In this document: one piece after another, positions 43,419-51,905 of the stretch
Numbering within the stretch: position 1 is the stretch's first letter
How the letters are laid out: every line of letters starts with the position of its first letter
Origin: Candidatus Cloacimonadales bacterium
GTDB taxonomy: Bacteria > Cloacimonadota > Cloacimonadia > Cloacimonadales > JAIOQZ01
Reading direction: 5' to 3'
Assembly (NCBI GenBank): GCA_963674825.1
Contig: OY771587.1
Coordinates: forward strand, 864,001 to 928,000
Length of the DNA stretch: 64,000 nucleotides
Made by a program: the position numbers and the translations under genes
The notes under the pieces: generated by a model
What the model saw: only the letters and a program-made list of their open reading frames with translations
What the model was told of the DNA's origin: nothing
Databases searched by the model: none

Positions 43419-44948
43419 ATGCCGAACCGTCATCGAAAAGCCGATCTCGAACTCGACCTGCGAGAACGTATCAAGGAACTCGAAGGTCTATACGCCTTGA
43501 ATCGCCTTGCTACCGAAGGATTACCACTGTACGAAGTATTCGAACGCCTGACAAGAGACATCATTCCTCCCAGCATGCAATATCCAGATAAAGTATTCAG
43601 CAAGATCATACTGGATGGCAGAACCTATTCACAGTGCGCGAACATCAGACAGGAAACTTCAAACGCTCTCAAACACGAGATCGCCATTAATGGCGAACAT
43701 CGTGGCACAATCTTCATCGGCTACATTGAAACCGATCTCGAATTCCTGGAAACCTTTGAGACCAACCTTATCAAAGGATATGCCGATAAAATCTGTGATA
43801 TTATACAACATCGTGAAAACGAAGATCGATTGCGTGAGGAAAAACTACGAGCAGAGCACTACCTGCGCATCGCCGGCGTAATCATCCTTGCTATGGATAC
43901 CAAAGGAAGCGTTACCCTGCTGAACGAAACCGGATGCCGTATCACTGGCTATAAGCAGGATGAGCTAATCGGGAGCAACTGGTACGACACCTGTGCTGCC
44001 CCCCAGGAGCGTGTTTTTCGGAAATACAACTACCAGCAGATGATGAAGGGGCTTTCGCTGCCAGTGAATATCCATGAGAATCGCATTATCACGCGTGAAG
44101 GCGAAACGCGCATCATATCCTGGCATACAACACTGCTGCATGACCTTGAAGGCAATATCACTGGTTCACTCAGCTCCGGCGAAGATATCACATTCCGCGT
44201 GCGCATCGAGAAAGAAAAGATAGAGATGGAAAAGATCGCAGAGCGTTCGTTACGACTCGCATCCATGGGAACGATGGTCTCGGGTATAGCGCATGAGATC
44301 AATCAACCCCTTACAGCACTCATGAGCAAGGCCGACGGCATGCTCTACTGGAAGGACAACCCCCATGAGATCAAGACAGAGGAACTTTGGGAAGCACTTT
44401 CATTTATATCCGAACAAAGCCGGCGCATCCACGACATCATTCGTCACATGCGTTCGCTCATTTACAAAGAACCGACTCACAAGGCCTATCGCTGCAATCT
44501 TCACCGCACGATCGATAGCGCGCTGGGACTCGTTAACGCCCAGTGCCGCGAACACAACGTCAGCATTATCCGCGATTACGCGCAAGAAATCACTGATTTC
44601 GACTCATATCCCGTGCTATTGGAACAGACCATCCTGAATCTGGTCAACAACGCCCTCGACGCACTGAATGCCATCGACGACATCGAGAAGCACGTCACGA
44701 TAAGGACGCGCAAGGAAGCGCAGTGTATCATGATCGAAGTGGAAGACAATGGAACCGGCATCTCACCCACTCACTTCGCGCATGTGTTCGATCCCTTCTT
44801 CACAACGAAAAGTCCTATGAAAGGTATGGGGTTGGGATTGTCGATCACGGAGAACTTCATCCGCAGTCTCGGAGGTGTAATCCGCGTACGTAACGCAGTA
44901 AAGCGTGGCGCTATCTTTCAGATCGAGTTACCACTTTCGTCAAGTTGA
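43419..44948 (+). CDS. Cytoplasmic PAS sensor histidine kinase (NtrB-like) with N-terminal GAF-like domain
   Basis: PAS/PAC (GEDITFR), H-box GIAHEINQPL, N-box NLVNNALDA, DNGTGI, FDPFFTTK, GMGLGL. Confidence 0.9.
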   Translation: MPNRHRKADLELDLRERIKELEGLYALNRLATEGLPLYEVFERLTRDIIPPSMQYPDKVFSKIILDGRTYSQCANIRQETSNALKHEIAINGEHRGTIFIGYIETDLEFLETFETNLIKGYADKICDIIQHRENEDRLREEKLRAEHYLRIAGVIILAMDTKGSVTLLNETGCRITGYKQDELIGSNWYDTCAAPQERVFRKYNYQQMMKGLSLPVNIHENRIITREGETRIISWHTTLLHDLEGNITGSLSSGEDITFRVRIEKEKIEMEKIAERSLRLASMGTMVSGIAHEINQPLTALMSKADGMLYWKDNPHEIKTEELWEALSFISEQSRRIHDIIRHMRSLIYKEPTHKAYRCNLHRTIDSALGLVNAQCREHNVSIIRDYAQEITDFDSYPVLLEQTILNLVNNALDALNAIDDIEKHVTIRTRKEAQCIMIEVEDNGTGISPTHFAHVFDPFFTTKSPMKGMGLGLSITENFIRSLGGVIRVRNAVKRGAIFQIELPLSSS

Positions 44949-45634
44949 TACAGATTCGCAGGCAGAAAAAACCGCGTAGTAACTCCCTCTCGATTGCAAT
45001 TCGGCTCAAGAATCATCCTTCCACCGTGTGAAGAAACGATCTGACAGGATACAAGCATGCCGATGTTGTTGTTTCGACAAGTCACATCACTCATGCATGA
45101 ACCCTGCAAGACACGTTCGGCGCAGATTCGTTCGATTGGAATACCGTTATCTTTGAGGTAAAACTCGTAACCACCTTCGACAATCTTCCACCCTATTTCT
45201 ATTCGTAGTGGACGTTCTCCGTATGCAGCCCGTATCGAGAGGACTATCAAATTCCGCCAAAGAAGCTCTATTCGCCTGCGATCAGCCCTCACGACCGGCA
45301 TCGATTCTCCAATCGTTATTTCATATCCAAGAAGGTCGTCGTCAATTGCTGCTTCAACAGCATCGCGCATAACGAACGATGATAGTTCGTTTGGTATCAG
45401 GCTCATGCGAGCGTATTCCATCATGTTATTGACGATATTTTCCATCCTGCCGATAGAATTGGACACTTCGCGTATATCCAGGATCGCTTCCGATTTTTTA
45501 CCTTCGAGAATCTCGAGCTCCAGGATGTAAAGCATGCTTTTAACCGATTGTAATGGGAGCTTCAAGTCGTGCGCCAAATGCATGAAGTAACGCTCGATAC
45601 CTGATGTTTGTGCGACGTCGTTTGTTATTGGCAT
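44918..45634 (-). CDS. Sensor-less degenerate histidine kinase (pseudokinase / possible phosphotransferase)
   Basis: H-box AHDLKLPL retained; N, F and G boxes degenerate; SD GGAG upstream. Confidence 0.7.
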   Translation of the reverse strand: MPITNDVAQTSGIERYFMHLAHDLKLPLQSVKSMLYILELEILEGKKSEAILDIREVSNSIGRMENIVNNMMEYARMSLIPNELSSFVMRDAVEAAIDDDLLGYEITIGESMPVVRADRRRIELLWRNLIVLSIRAAYGERPLRIEIGWKIVEGGYEFYLKDNGIPIERICAERVLQGSCMSDVTCRNNNIGMLVSCQIVSSHGGRMILEPNCNREGVTTRFFLPANLYQLDESGNSI

Positions 45635-45670
45635 TCTATCTCCATTGAGAGAGTTATCAGCGATCAGTGA

Positions 45671-45686
45671 TGCAAGATAAATGCCA
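45671..45686 (-). promoter_or_regulatory. Sigma54 (-24/-12) promoter
   Basis: TGGCATTTATCTTGCA on - (GG-N10-GC), 36 nt upstream of the ATG at 45634 and just downstream of a sigma54 activator gene. Confidence 0.8.
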
Positions 45687-45761
45687 TTAAATCTCGTAGT
45701 TCAGGGGGATATAAGCTTTCGGATTCTCGCAAACGAAAATGATATTTTCGGAAATGATAAA

Positions 45762-47093
45762 TCAATCGATTTCGGAAAGACCTCGAATCTTCCGCAATCT
45801 GCGATACAACGCCTGCCTCGAAATTCCGAGCGCTTTAGACGCCTTGATGGTATCGTTTCCACATTTCTCCATCACCATCATGATATATTCTTCGATGATC
45901 TGCTCCAAAGGCTTGATCGTTTTGGGCATGATGGACGTCTTGGAGAAACGCAGTCCGGGGAAATGCTCTTCGGTCGGCATCTTCCCTTTGGCGAGGATCA
46001 TAGCCCGTTCGAGAACATTGTTGAGTTCGCGGATATTTCCAGGCCAGGAGTACTCGGAGAGCAGCTTCATCACTTTCGCATTCAGATAGATCTCCGGGGC
46101 GTTTCGCTCATACAGAATCTGCCGCACCAGACCACCGAGGTCTTCTTTCATCTCTCGAAGCGGCATCATGTTGATGGGAAAAACATTGATACGATAATAT
46201 AGGTCAGACCGGAAACTACCCGCTTCCACCTCCACTTCGAGGTCTTGATTGGATGCGCAGATGAGTCGGAAATCGCTGGATCTCGTGCGAGTCTCGCCCA
46301 GTCTGCGGAAAGTGCGGTCTTCGATCACCTTGAGAAGCTCTGCTTGTACCTGCATGCTCATGGAGGAGATTTCGTCGAGGAACAGCGTTCCGTTATTGGC
46401 AAATTCGACAAGCCCCTGCTTTTCCTGCACAGCAGATGTAAATGCACCTTTGGCATGGCCGAAAAGCTCGCTGGCGAGTAATTCATCCTTAAGGCCGGCG
46501 CAGTTCACGGGAACAAATGGATTGTTCTTTCGAGAGCTGTTCTCGTGAATCCATCGCGCCAAAACGCCCTTACCGGTACCTGTCTCGCCGTGAATGAGGA
46601 TGATGGTATCGTTGAACGACGCCAGACGGGCGTAATCGAGGATCGACTTCATCATCGGGCGGTCATCGAGGAACATCTCGATCTTGGTGCGCTTGGTGCG
46701 CTGCGAAACTTGATCGGTCTGGCGGAGACGCCCAAGCTCGACGCTTTTACTGAGGAAAAGCTCAAGTCCGCTCATGTTAACGGGCTTGACCATGAAGTTA
46801 TCAGCACCCTTACGCATCGCTTCAACGGCGAGGTTAACATTTCCGTGTGCAGTGATGAAAATGATGGGAAGGGTATCGTTGCTCTCGCGGAATTCCGTCA
46901 GGAAATCGATGCCATCGCCGTCGGGAAGCATCTGGTCGAGAATCATCGCGTTAATCGGATGCAGTCGCAGCGCTTCACGGGCTTCTTCAAGAGAACCAGC
47001 AGTGATTACATCGTAACCGCGGCTGTTGAGGAACTTTGTGAAGCTGAAAGAAATGCTGGGATCATCGTCGATCATCAGGATGCGGGGTTTCAT
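45762..47093 (-). CDS. Sigma54-dependent response regulator (REC-AAA+-Fis HTH)
   Basis: IDDD, LDQMLPDGDG, GETGTGK, ELFGHAKGAFTSA, LFLDEI, WPGNIREL, LGISRQALYRRL. Confidence 0.93.
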   Translation of the reverse strand: MKPRILMIDDDPSISFSFTKFLNSRGYDVITAGSLEEAREALRLHPINAMILDQMLPDGDGIDFLTEFRESNDTLPIIFITAHGNVNLAVEAMRKGADNFMVKPVNMSGLELFLSKSVELGRLRQTDQVSQRTKRTKIEMFLDDRPMMKSILDYARLASFNDTIILIHGETGTGKGVLARWIHENSSRKNNPFVPVNCAGLKDELLASELFGHAKGAFTSAVQEKQGLVEFANNGTLFLDEISSMSMQVQAELLKVIEDRTFRRLGETRTRSSDFRLICASNQDLEVEVEAGSFRSDLYYRINVFPINMMPLREMKEDLGGLVRQILYERNAPEIYLNAKVMKLLSEYSWPGNIRELNNVLERAMILAKGKMPTEEHFPGLRFSKTSIMPKTIKPLEQIIEEYIMMVMEKCGNDTIKASKALGISRQALYRRLRKIRGLSEID

Positions 47094-49441
47094 GTCTCAC
47101 ATCCTCTCATCATAGGCAAACGAAGCGTTACGACGCAACCCTGCGGATCAGCATGATTCGCCAGTTCGACACTGCCGTCCATCTTCTCGATGATGCTTTT
47201 TACGATGCTGAGACCGAGACCAGTCCCCTTGCTACGGCGCGTAAAGAACGGATCAAAGACACGTGATATATCTTTCGGATTCACGCCATGACCAAAATCG
47301 ATCACTTGCAGAGAAACCTGCGATTCACCCTCTGAAAATAGACGCATAATAATCTTCCTGCTCTCCTGACTGTGTTGGGCGGCGTTGTCGAGAAGGTTTA
47401 GAAGAACTTGTTGTAATCGCGGAACATCCGTGCGTACAAGAGGTTCTTCGGGACACAATAATGTGTCGATCTCGACGATAAAACCGGGATACTCATTCTC
47501 CTGTTGCCACATTTTAACAGTCGATTGACATAGCGTCAAGAGAGAAATCATTTCAAGTATTTCAACATGGGTTTTCTTTCCGAAGTCGAGCAGATCACCC
47601 ATCAGGCGCGAGAGGCGCTCGACCTGGATATTGATATGATTCAGGTATTCTTGCATAGAGGGCAATTCGCCAAATTCGCTACTCAGCACTTCCGAGATCG
47701 CAACGATCGAGTTCAACGGATTTCGCACCTCGTGTGCGACACCGACCGACAACCTGTCAATCTCCTTGAAACGCTTCGCGTCTTCAATACGACGCTGCAT
47801 GCGACGTATCTCGGTTATATCTGTCGCAATTGCAAGAACCGCCGGTTTACTGGCATACTGGATTTTCCGGCAACTGATAACCAACGTCAATCGCTCACCG
47901 ATTGCTGTTTCCAGAGATGTCTCCCATGGAAGCAGCACATCAACCTCATCGATCCGGGCAATTATTCTCAACGCTCGAATTCTCTTCTCAGGCGGTAAAG
48001 CGTTCAGCAACGTGTGAACCATCTTCGCTCTATCTGAGAAATCAAATCCGGTGAGGCGTGACCAGTTGCCGTTCATGGATTCGATGGAATCACGGGTGAA
48101 AATCAGGATTAGATTGGGCGACTCCTGCGAGAGAATGCGGAATTTTTCTTCGGATTCCCGAAGCGCTTCCAGCGATTGCCTTGTCGTTGAGATATCACGC
48201 ATCAGCATACCAAGCCTGAGTTCGTTCGATGTTCTGATCGGGAATACAACCCGTTCGACATTCAATTTGCCCAGGGTAGGATGCATGATATCATCCTCTT
48301 CGATCATGTTGATGAAGTCAGCTGTCTCGTTTTGGCGGAATCGCTCCACCCGTGCCTGCCACATCCTGCGAACATACTCATGCGATTGGTGGTTACCGAC
48401 AATCTCTGCCTGAACATCCCAGAACGGACGTCCAATCACTTTGGGAGCTTTCAGGTTCGTCATTCGCGTCATGGCACGATTCCAGGCGATAATCCTGCCA
48501 TCGGCGTCAAGTAGCACCACACCATCGTACGCTTGCTCGAAAATACTCCGGAAACGTTCCTCGCTCTCCTTCACCTCGATTTCGGCATGAATTCGCTCCG
48601 ATATCTCGCTCAGAAGACGTTCGTTGGTCTTGATCAGCTCCAGCGTTCGTTCCATAACCCGGGCTTCCAACTCGTTACGCGAATCTGTCAGCGCTTTTTC
48701 GATTCGCTTCTGCTCTGTGATATCGAAAACCGACACTAACGCGAAGGCCAGCCGGTTCGAGTCGTCATACATGAAGCGCATATGAACTTGCACCCAGACA
48801 TCCCGGCGCGGGATATCTCCCAGCCGGAACTGCTCCACAAGGCTTGGAATCCGGACTTCACCGGAAATAAGTTTTTGTAGAAACGAGGCCATATTCTGGC
48901 GTTCGGATGGATGGATCATTTTAAGAAGATCTCTGTATGTGAATTCCTGTAGATTCCCCAATGGAAGCGCGACAAGCGATTCTGCTGCCGGGCTCATGTA
49001 CTCGAAACGATCTTCAATGAAGTTGAAGCGGCATAAAACGAAATCGGGGCTGTTCATGATCTCTTTGAAGTAAAACTCGTATTTCTCGAGGATATCCATC
49101 TCATATCTTGCCGGCGCGTCAAAATCGACAACCGTGATGCACAGCGTACGATTTTCTTCGTTATATAGCGCCTGAAGATGCAGCATGCTTTGATGCTGTT
49201 CACTCGCTGACTGGATTATGCTATGGCGTGTGGGGACTTTTGACTTAATTGTGTCTCGTATCCAGAGATGAATAGAGTCACGTTCAGTCTCTCTGGCAAG
49301 TTGGACGACCAGACTACCGGGCTTCGGGCTACCGGTAAGCTTGGCAAAGAGCTGGTTGTAGTGTAGAATACGCCCATCTTCGGTAACGCACGCCGCTGCA
49401 ACAGGCAGGATATCCAGATCGTGGGAGTGATCAGATGCCAT
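47090..49441 (-). CDS. Multi-PAS sensor histidine kinase
   Basis: Several PAS/PAC repeats (FDITEQK, RDIS, TDITE), VAHEVRNPL, NLLDNA, DFGHG, GTGLGL. Start is ATG 49441 or 49456; 4-nt overlap with the regulator. Confidence 0.9.
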   Translation of the reverse strand: MASDHSHDLDILPVAAACVTEDGRILHYNQLFAKLTGSPKPGSLVVQLARETERDSIHLWIRDTIKSKVPTRHSIIQSASEQHQSMLHLQALYNEENRTLCITVVDFDAPARYEMDILEKYEFYFKEIMNSPDFVLCRFNFIEDRFEYMSPAAESLVALPLGNLQEFTYRDLLKMIHPSERQNMASFLQKLISGEVRIPSLVEQFRLGDIPRRDVWVQVHMRFMYDDSNRLAFALVSVFDITEQKRIEKALTDSRNELEARVMERTLELIKTNERLLSEISERIHAEIEVKESEERFRSIFEQAYDGVVLLDADGRIIAWNRAMTRMTNLKAPKVIGRPFWDVQAEIVGNHQSHEYVRRMWQARVERFRQNETADFINMIEEDDIMHPTLGKLNVERVVFPIRTSNELRLGMLMRDISTTRQSLEALRESEEKFRILSQESPNLILIFTRDSIESMNGNWSRLTGFDFSDRAKMVHTLLNALPPEKRIRALRIIARIDEVDVLLPWETSLETAIGERLTLVISCRKIQYASKPAVLAIATDITEIRRMQRRIEDAKRFKEIDRLSVGVAHEVRNPLNSIVAISEVLSSEFGELPSMQEYLNHINIQVERLSRLMGDLLDFGKKTHVEILEMISLLTLCQSTVKMWQQENEYPGFIVEIDTLLCPEEPLVRTDVPRLQQVLLNLLDNAAQHSQESRKIIMRLFSEGESQVSLQVIDFGHGVNPKDISRVFDPFFTRRSKGTGLGLSIVKSIIEKMDGSVELANHADPQGCVVTLRLPMMRGCET

Positions 49442-49457
49442 TGATCCCCCTACCATA

Positions 49458-49482
49458 GAAAAACCGCTGCGATAAGCAGCGG
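49458..49482 (-). terminator. Terminator-like hairpin immediately upstream of the multi-PAS kinase
   Basis: CCGCTGC-TTATC-GCAGCGG-TTTTTT on -. Confidence 0.65.
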
Positions 49483-49574
49483 CATTCTATGATCAAAGTT
49501 TTACTTTCAAAGGTTTATCCGCAGGGTTCATGAACCGATCGATCAAAAAATCGGGACGATGAGCCGATCATCCA

Positions 49575-49664
49575 TTATTTCTTTTTGTGACGATTTTTGC
49601 GAAGCCTTTTTTTACGCTTGTGCGTATTGATTTTATGCTTCTTCCGTTTTCTTCCGCAAGGCAT
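49575..49664 (-). CDS. bS22/mS38 (AURKAIP1/COX24-like) small ribosomal protein
   Basis: Manual translation MPCGRKRKKHKINTHKRKKRLRKNRHKKK; SD-like GGGGGA upstream. Confidence 0.88.
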   Translation of the reverse strand: MPCGRKRKKHKINTHKRKKRLRKNRHKKK

Positions 49665-49676
49665 TCAATCCCCCTG

Positions 49677-49976
49677 TTATTGTTCTAATAATTCGATGTT
49701 CGCGTCAGCAACGTCATCCTTAAAAGCGCGAGAGAACTTGAAAGTAGGAACTACACGTTCGGGCACTGGAACCTTATCGGCGGTCTTGGGATTGCGACCG
49801 ATCCGAGGTTTCCTTACTTTCAGCTTGAATGTGCCGAAACCGCGAATTTCGATATGATTTCCTTCTTTCATGCTGTCTTTGACCGCATCGAGGAATGTAT
49901 CCACTACGATTGCTACATCTTTACGAATTATTCCCGTTTCCTGTGAAATGGTCTTCACTAAATCAGCCTTGGTCAT
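49677..49976 (-). CDS. HU/IHF family DNA-binding protein
   Basis: MTKADLV, IEIRGFGTF, GRNPKT, PTFK. Confidence 0.95.
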   Translation of the reverse strand: MTKADLVKTISQETGIIRKDVAIVVDTFLDAVKDSMKEGNHIEIRGFGTFKLKVRKPRIGRNPKTADKVPVPERVVPTFKFSRAFKDDVADANIELLEQ

Positions 49977-50157
49977 AATTCCACTCCTTCACTCAGTTTT
50001 GAAATTCTGTTTTCCGAACCCTGAAATCTTTGTCAAGGGTTTTTGTCTCATCTTTTGAAATTCCATAAGATTACACGTTTGTCACGCTACGGAGATATCT
50101 TCCCAAAAGCCGCTCCGCAAACGGATTGACACCTCGTTAACAAATGGACGCAACACT

Positions 50158-50580
50158 TTATGAATCAGATTCTTCCGTCTCCGATTCTTCTACTTCATCA
50201 GGCTCATGTGTTTCCTGAGGTTCTTCCGTTTCCTCGGGTTCCAGATTAAGCTCTTTCTCTTCCGGCTTTTCTTCAAGGCGCACTGTCAGCGACATTTGAG
50301 ACAGGACCGGATAGAAGTCTTCGATATATTCGCGAACGAACTGCTCAATATCCGTTTCACGCGCCAATGTTTCCGCCGAGAACTTAAGGATGATGGTCAG
50401 CGAACGGAACTGGAGATTGATCTGAATCGCCGGCTGTTCACCGATCGTATTTTTTAGAAACAAAGGCAAGGATTTATCGAGCTTGATGGTCTGCTTCAGG
50501 CGCATAACAAACTTATAAACACAATAACCGCCAGCTGCCAACACTCCCAGCACGACCACATTCTTCAGAAATTTCTTCAA
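50158..50580 (-). CDS. Hypothetical membrane-anchored protein with acidic tail
   Basis: TTG start with AGGAG SD, N-terminal TM, Glu-rich C-terminus. Confidence 0.7.
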   Translation of the reverse strand: MKKFLKNVVVLGVLAAGGYCVYKFVMRLKQTIKLDKSLPLFLKNTIGEQPAIQINLQFRSLTIILKFSAETLARETDIEQFVREYIEDFYPVLSQMSLTVRLEEKPEEKELNLEPEETEEPQETHEPDEVEESETEESDS

Positions 50581-50617
50581 AACTCCTCCTTGGTTGTCCG
50601 ATTCAAAATCATCTTAC

Positions 50618-50647
50618 AAAAAAACTGCCTCGAATTGGGAGGCAGTT
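50618..50647 (-). terminator. Intrinsic terminator
   Basis: AACTGCCTC-CCAATTC-GAGGCAGTT-TTTTT on -. Confidence 0.75.
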
Positions 50648-50668
50648 CAATTGAAGCCTATATCATGT

Positions 50669-51400
50669 TTATTTGTACAAAGATTTGACGCGTCCCCAAG
50701 AGGTTCCGTGAACCTGATGTGAACCCGTGCTCGAAAGGTCGCTCACCGATCTCGGGCAAACCAGATATTCGCCATAACCATACACAACGATACCCTGGAT
50801 GTATTCCAGTGTGTCGCCAGCGCGATTCGTACGCTTGCGGCTGTCCATGATATTGTAGCCATCATACAGCGTACAGCTGCCGGTTCCGTCGTTGATGCTC
50901 CACCGTGTCGTCTGACGAAGATTTACGATGTTGACACTATGGATTTTCACCAGAGCGCCTTCCAGGGATTCGGTAACAGCCAGTTCGCCGGTCGTAACGC
51001 TGATGGGTTGCGGTATCGTGGAGCCACTTGAGCGTCTACGCAGAAGCGAGACATTGCGGATTTCGGTGCAACCGAAATCTTCATGTACCTGACCTTCCAG
51101 TGTGATGTAATCACCAACACGGAGATTCTGCCTTTCAACCTGATCTCGCGCTTGAACGACTATGCAATTCCAGGGACCGCCCTCGGAAGTAGAGAGAGTG
51201 AACGAAGACGCATCGAATCCGATCGATGTAACAACGCCTTCGGTCTGGATCGTCGAGCCTTCATAGGGTGATGGATAGGTACCCTCGGCACCCGGGTTTA
51301 CAGTGTACTGAATATCGTATATACTCACTTTCTCCGCAGCGCTGAGCGCGACGAAAGAAAGCGTTATCGCCAGAACAAAAAATTTCGTCCATTTTGTCAT
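50669..51400 (-). CDS. Secreted tandem OB-fold protein (nuclease-associated OB type) with C-terminal TSWGRVKSLYK motif
   Basis: Signal peptide; SIYDIQY...SPYEG...TEGVVT...VGDYITLEGQVHE...TEI; AAGGAGG SD before ATG 51400. Confidence 0.7.
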   Translation of the reverse strand: MTKWTKFFVLAITLSFVALSAAEKVSIYDIQYTVNPGAEGTYPSPYEGSTIQTEGVVTSIGFDASSFTLSTSEGGPWNCIVVQARDQVERQNLRVGDYITLEGQVHEDFGCTEIRNVSLLRRRSSGSTIPQPISVTTGELAVTESLEGALVKIHSVNIVNLRQTTRWSINDGTGSCTLYDGYNIMDSRKRTNRAGDTLEYIQGIVVYGYGEYLVCPRSVSDLSSTGSHQVHGTSWGRVKSLYK

Positions 51401-51687
51401 AGGTTCCTCCTTGCACAACAAGGCAGTGTCATTGTGAATAATCCCAAGCCCTTGTCAAGCTTAAAATGAAACATTATCACGAGCTTTCTCTATTCCCCAC
51501 AATTAGTTTGACTCGCATTTTTCGCACCAATCGCGTTATTTTTTATTACGATAAATTGTGCATTAATACAACCTGCTTGCTTCGAGACTTTCTCCTTCCG
51601 TTCCACGGATTAGCCGGGTATTGCTTTCTTCCCCTTGAAATACGGGCAGGCGCTGCGACCTGACCGCACAGCGGGTAACATTTTTCG

Positions 51688-51747
51688 TATCATGCTGAGC
51701 CGTGAGTTTCGCAAGTGACAACTCGGATTCATAAAGAATCGAAGCAT
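51688..51747. repeat. REP-like repeat, expanded copy
   Basis: tatcatgctgagc-[structured insert]-tcgaagcat; the ends match the reverse complement of the 23256 copy. Confidence 0.6.
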
Positions 51748-51905
51748 CTGCGCCAGCACAAACATTTTATATTTCCTATTATTCTATACAAATACATCCA
51801 TCAGGTGTTCGATTCCGAACAATATTTATTGACGAACTGAGTACACATGCCTAATAATTACACTCGCAAAATATGAATGATTAAAACAACAATAAAGGAT
51901 GCACC

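Noticed and set aside
43095..49500. Signalling block as a tRNA-integrated genomic island
   Set aside because: It lies 5' of the tRNAs, and no integrase or duplicated tRNA 3' end (att) is visible.
51590..51680. GC-rich hairpins upstream of the 51906 regulator as a possible riboswitch
   Set aside because: No c-di-GMP, c-di-AMP or cobalamin consensus; they look more like degenerate palindromic repeats.
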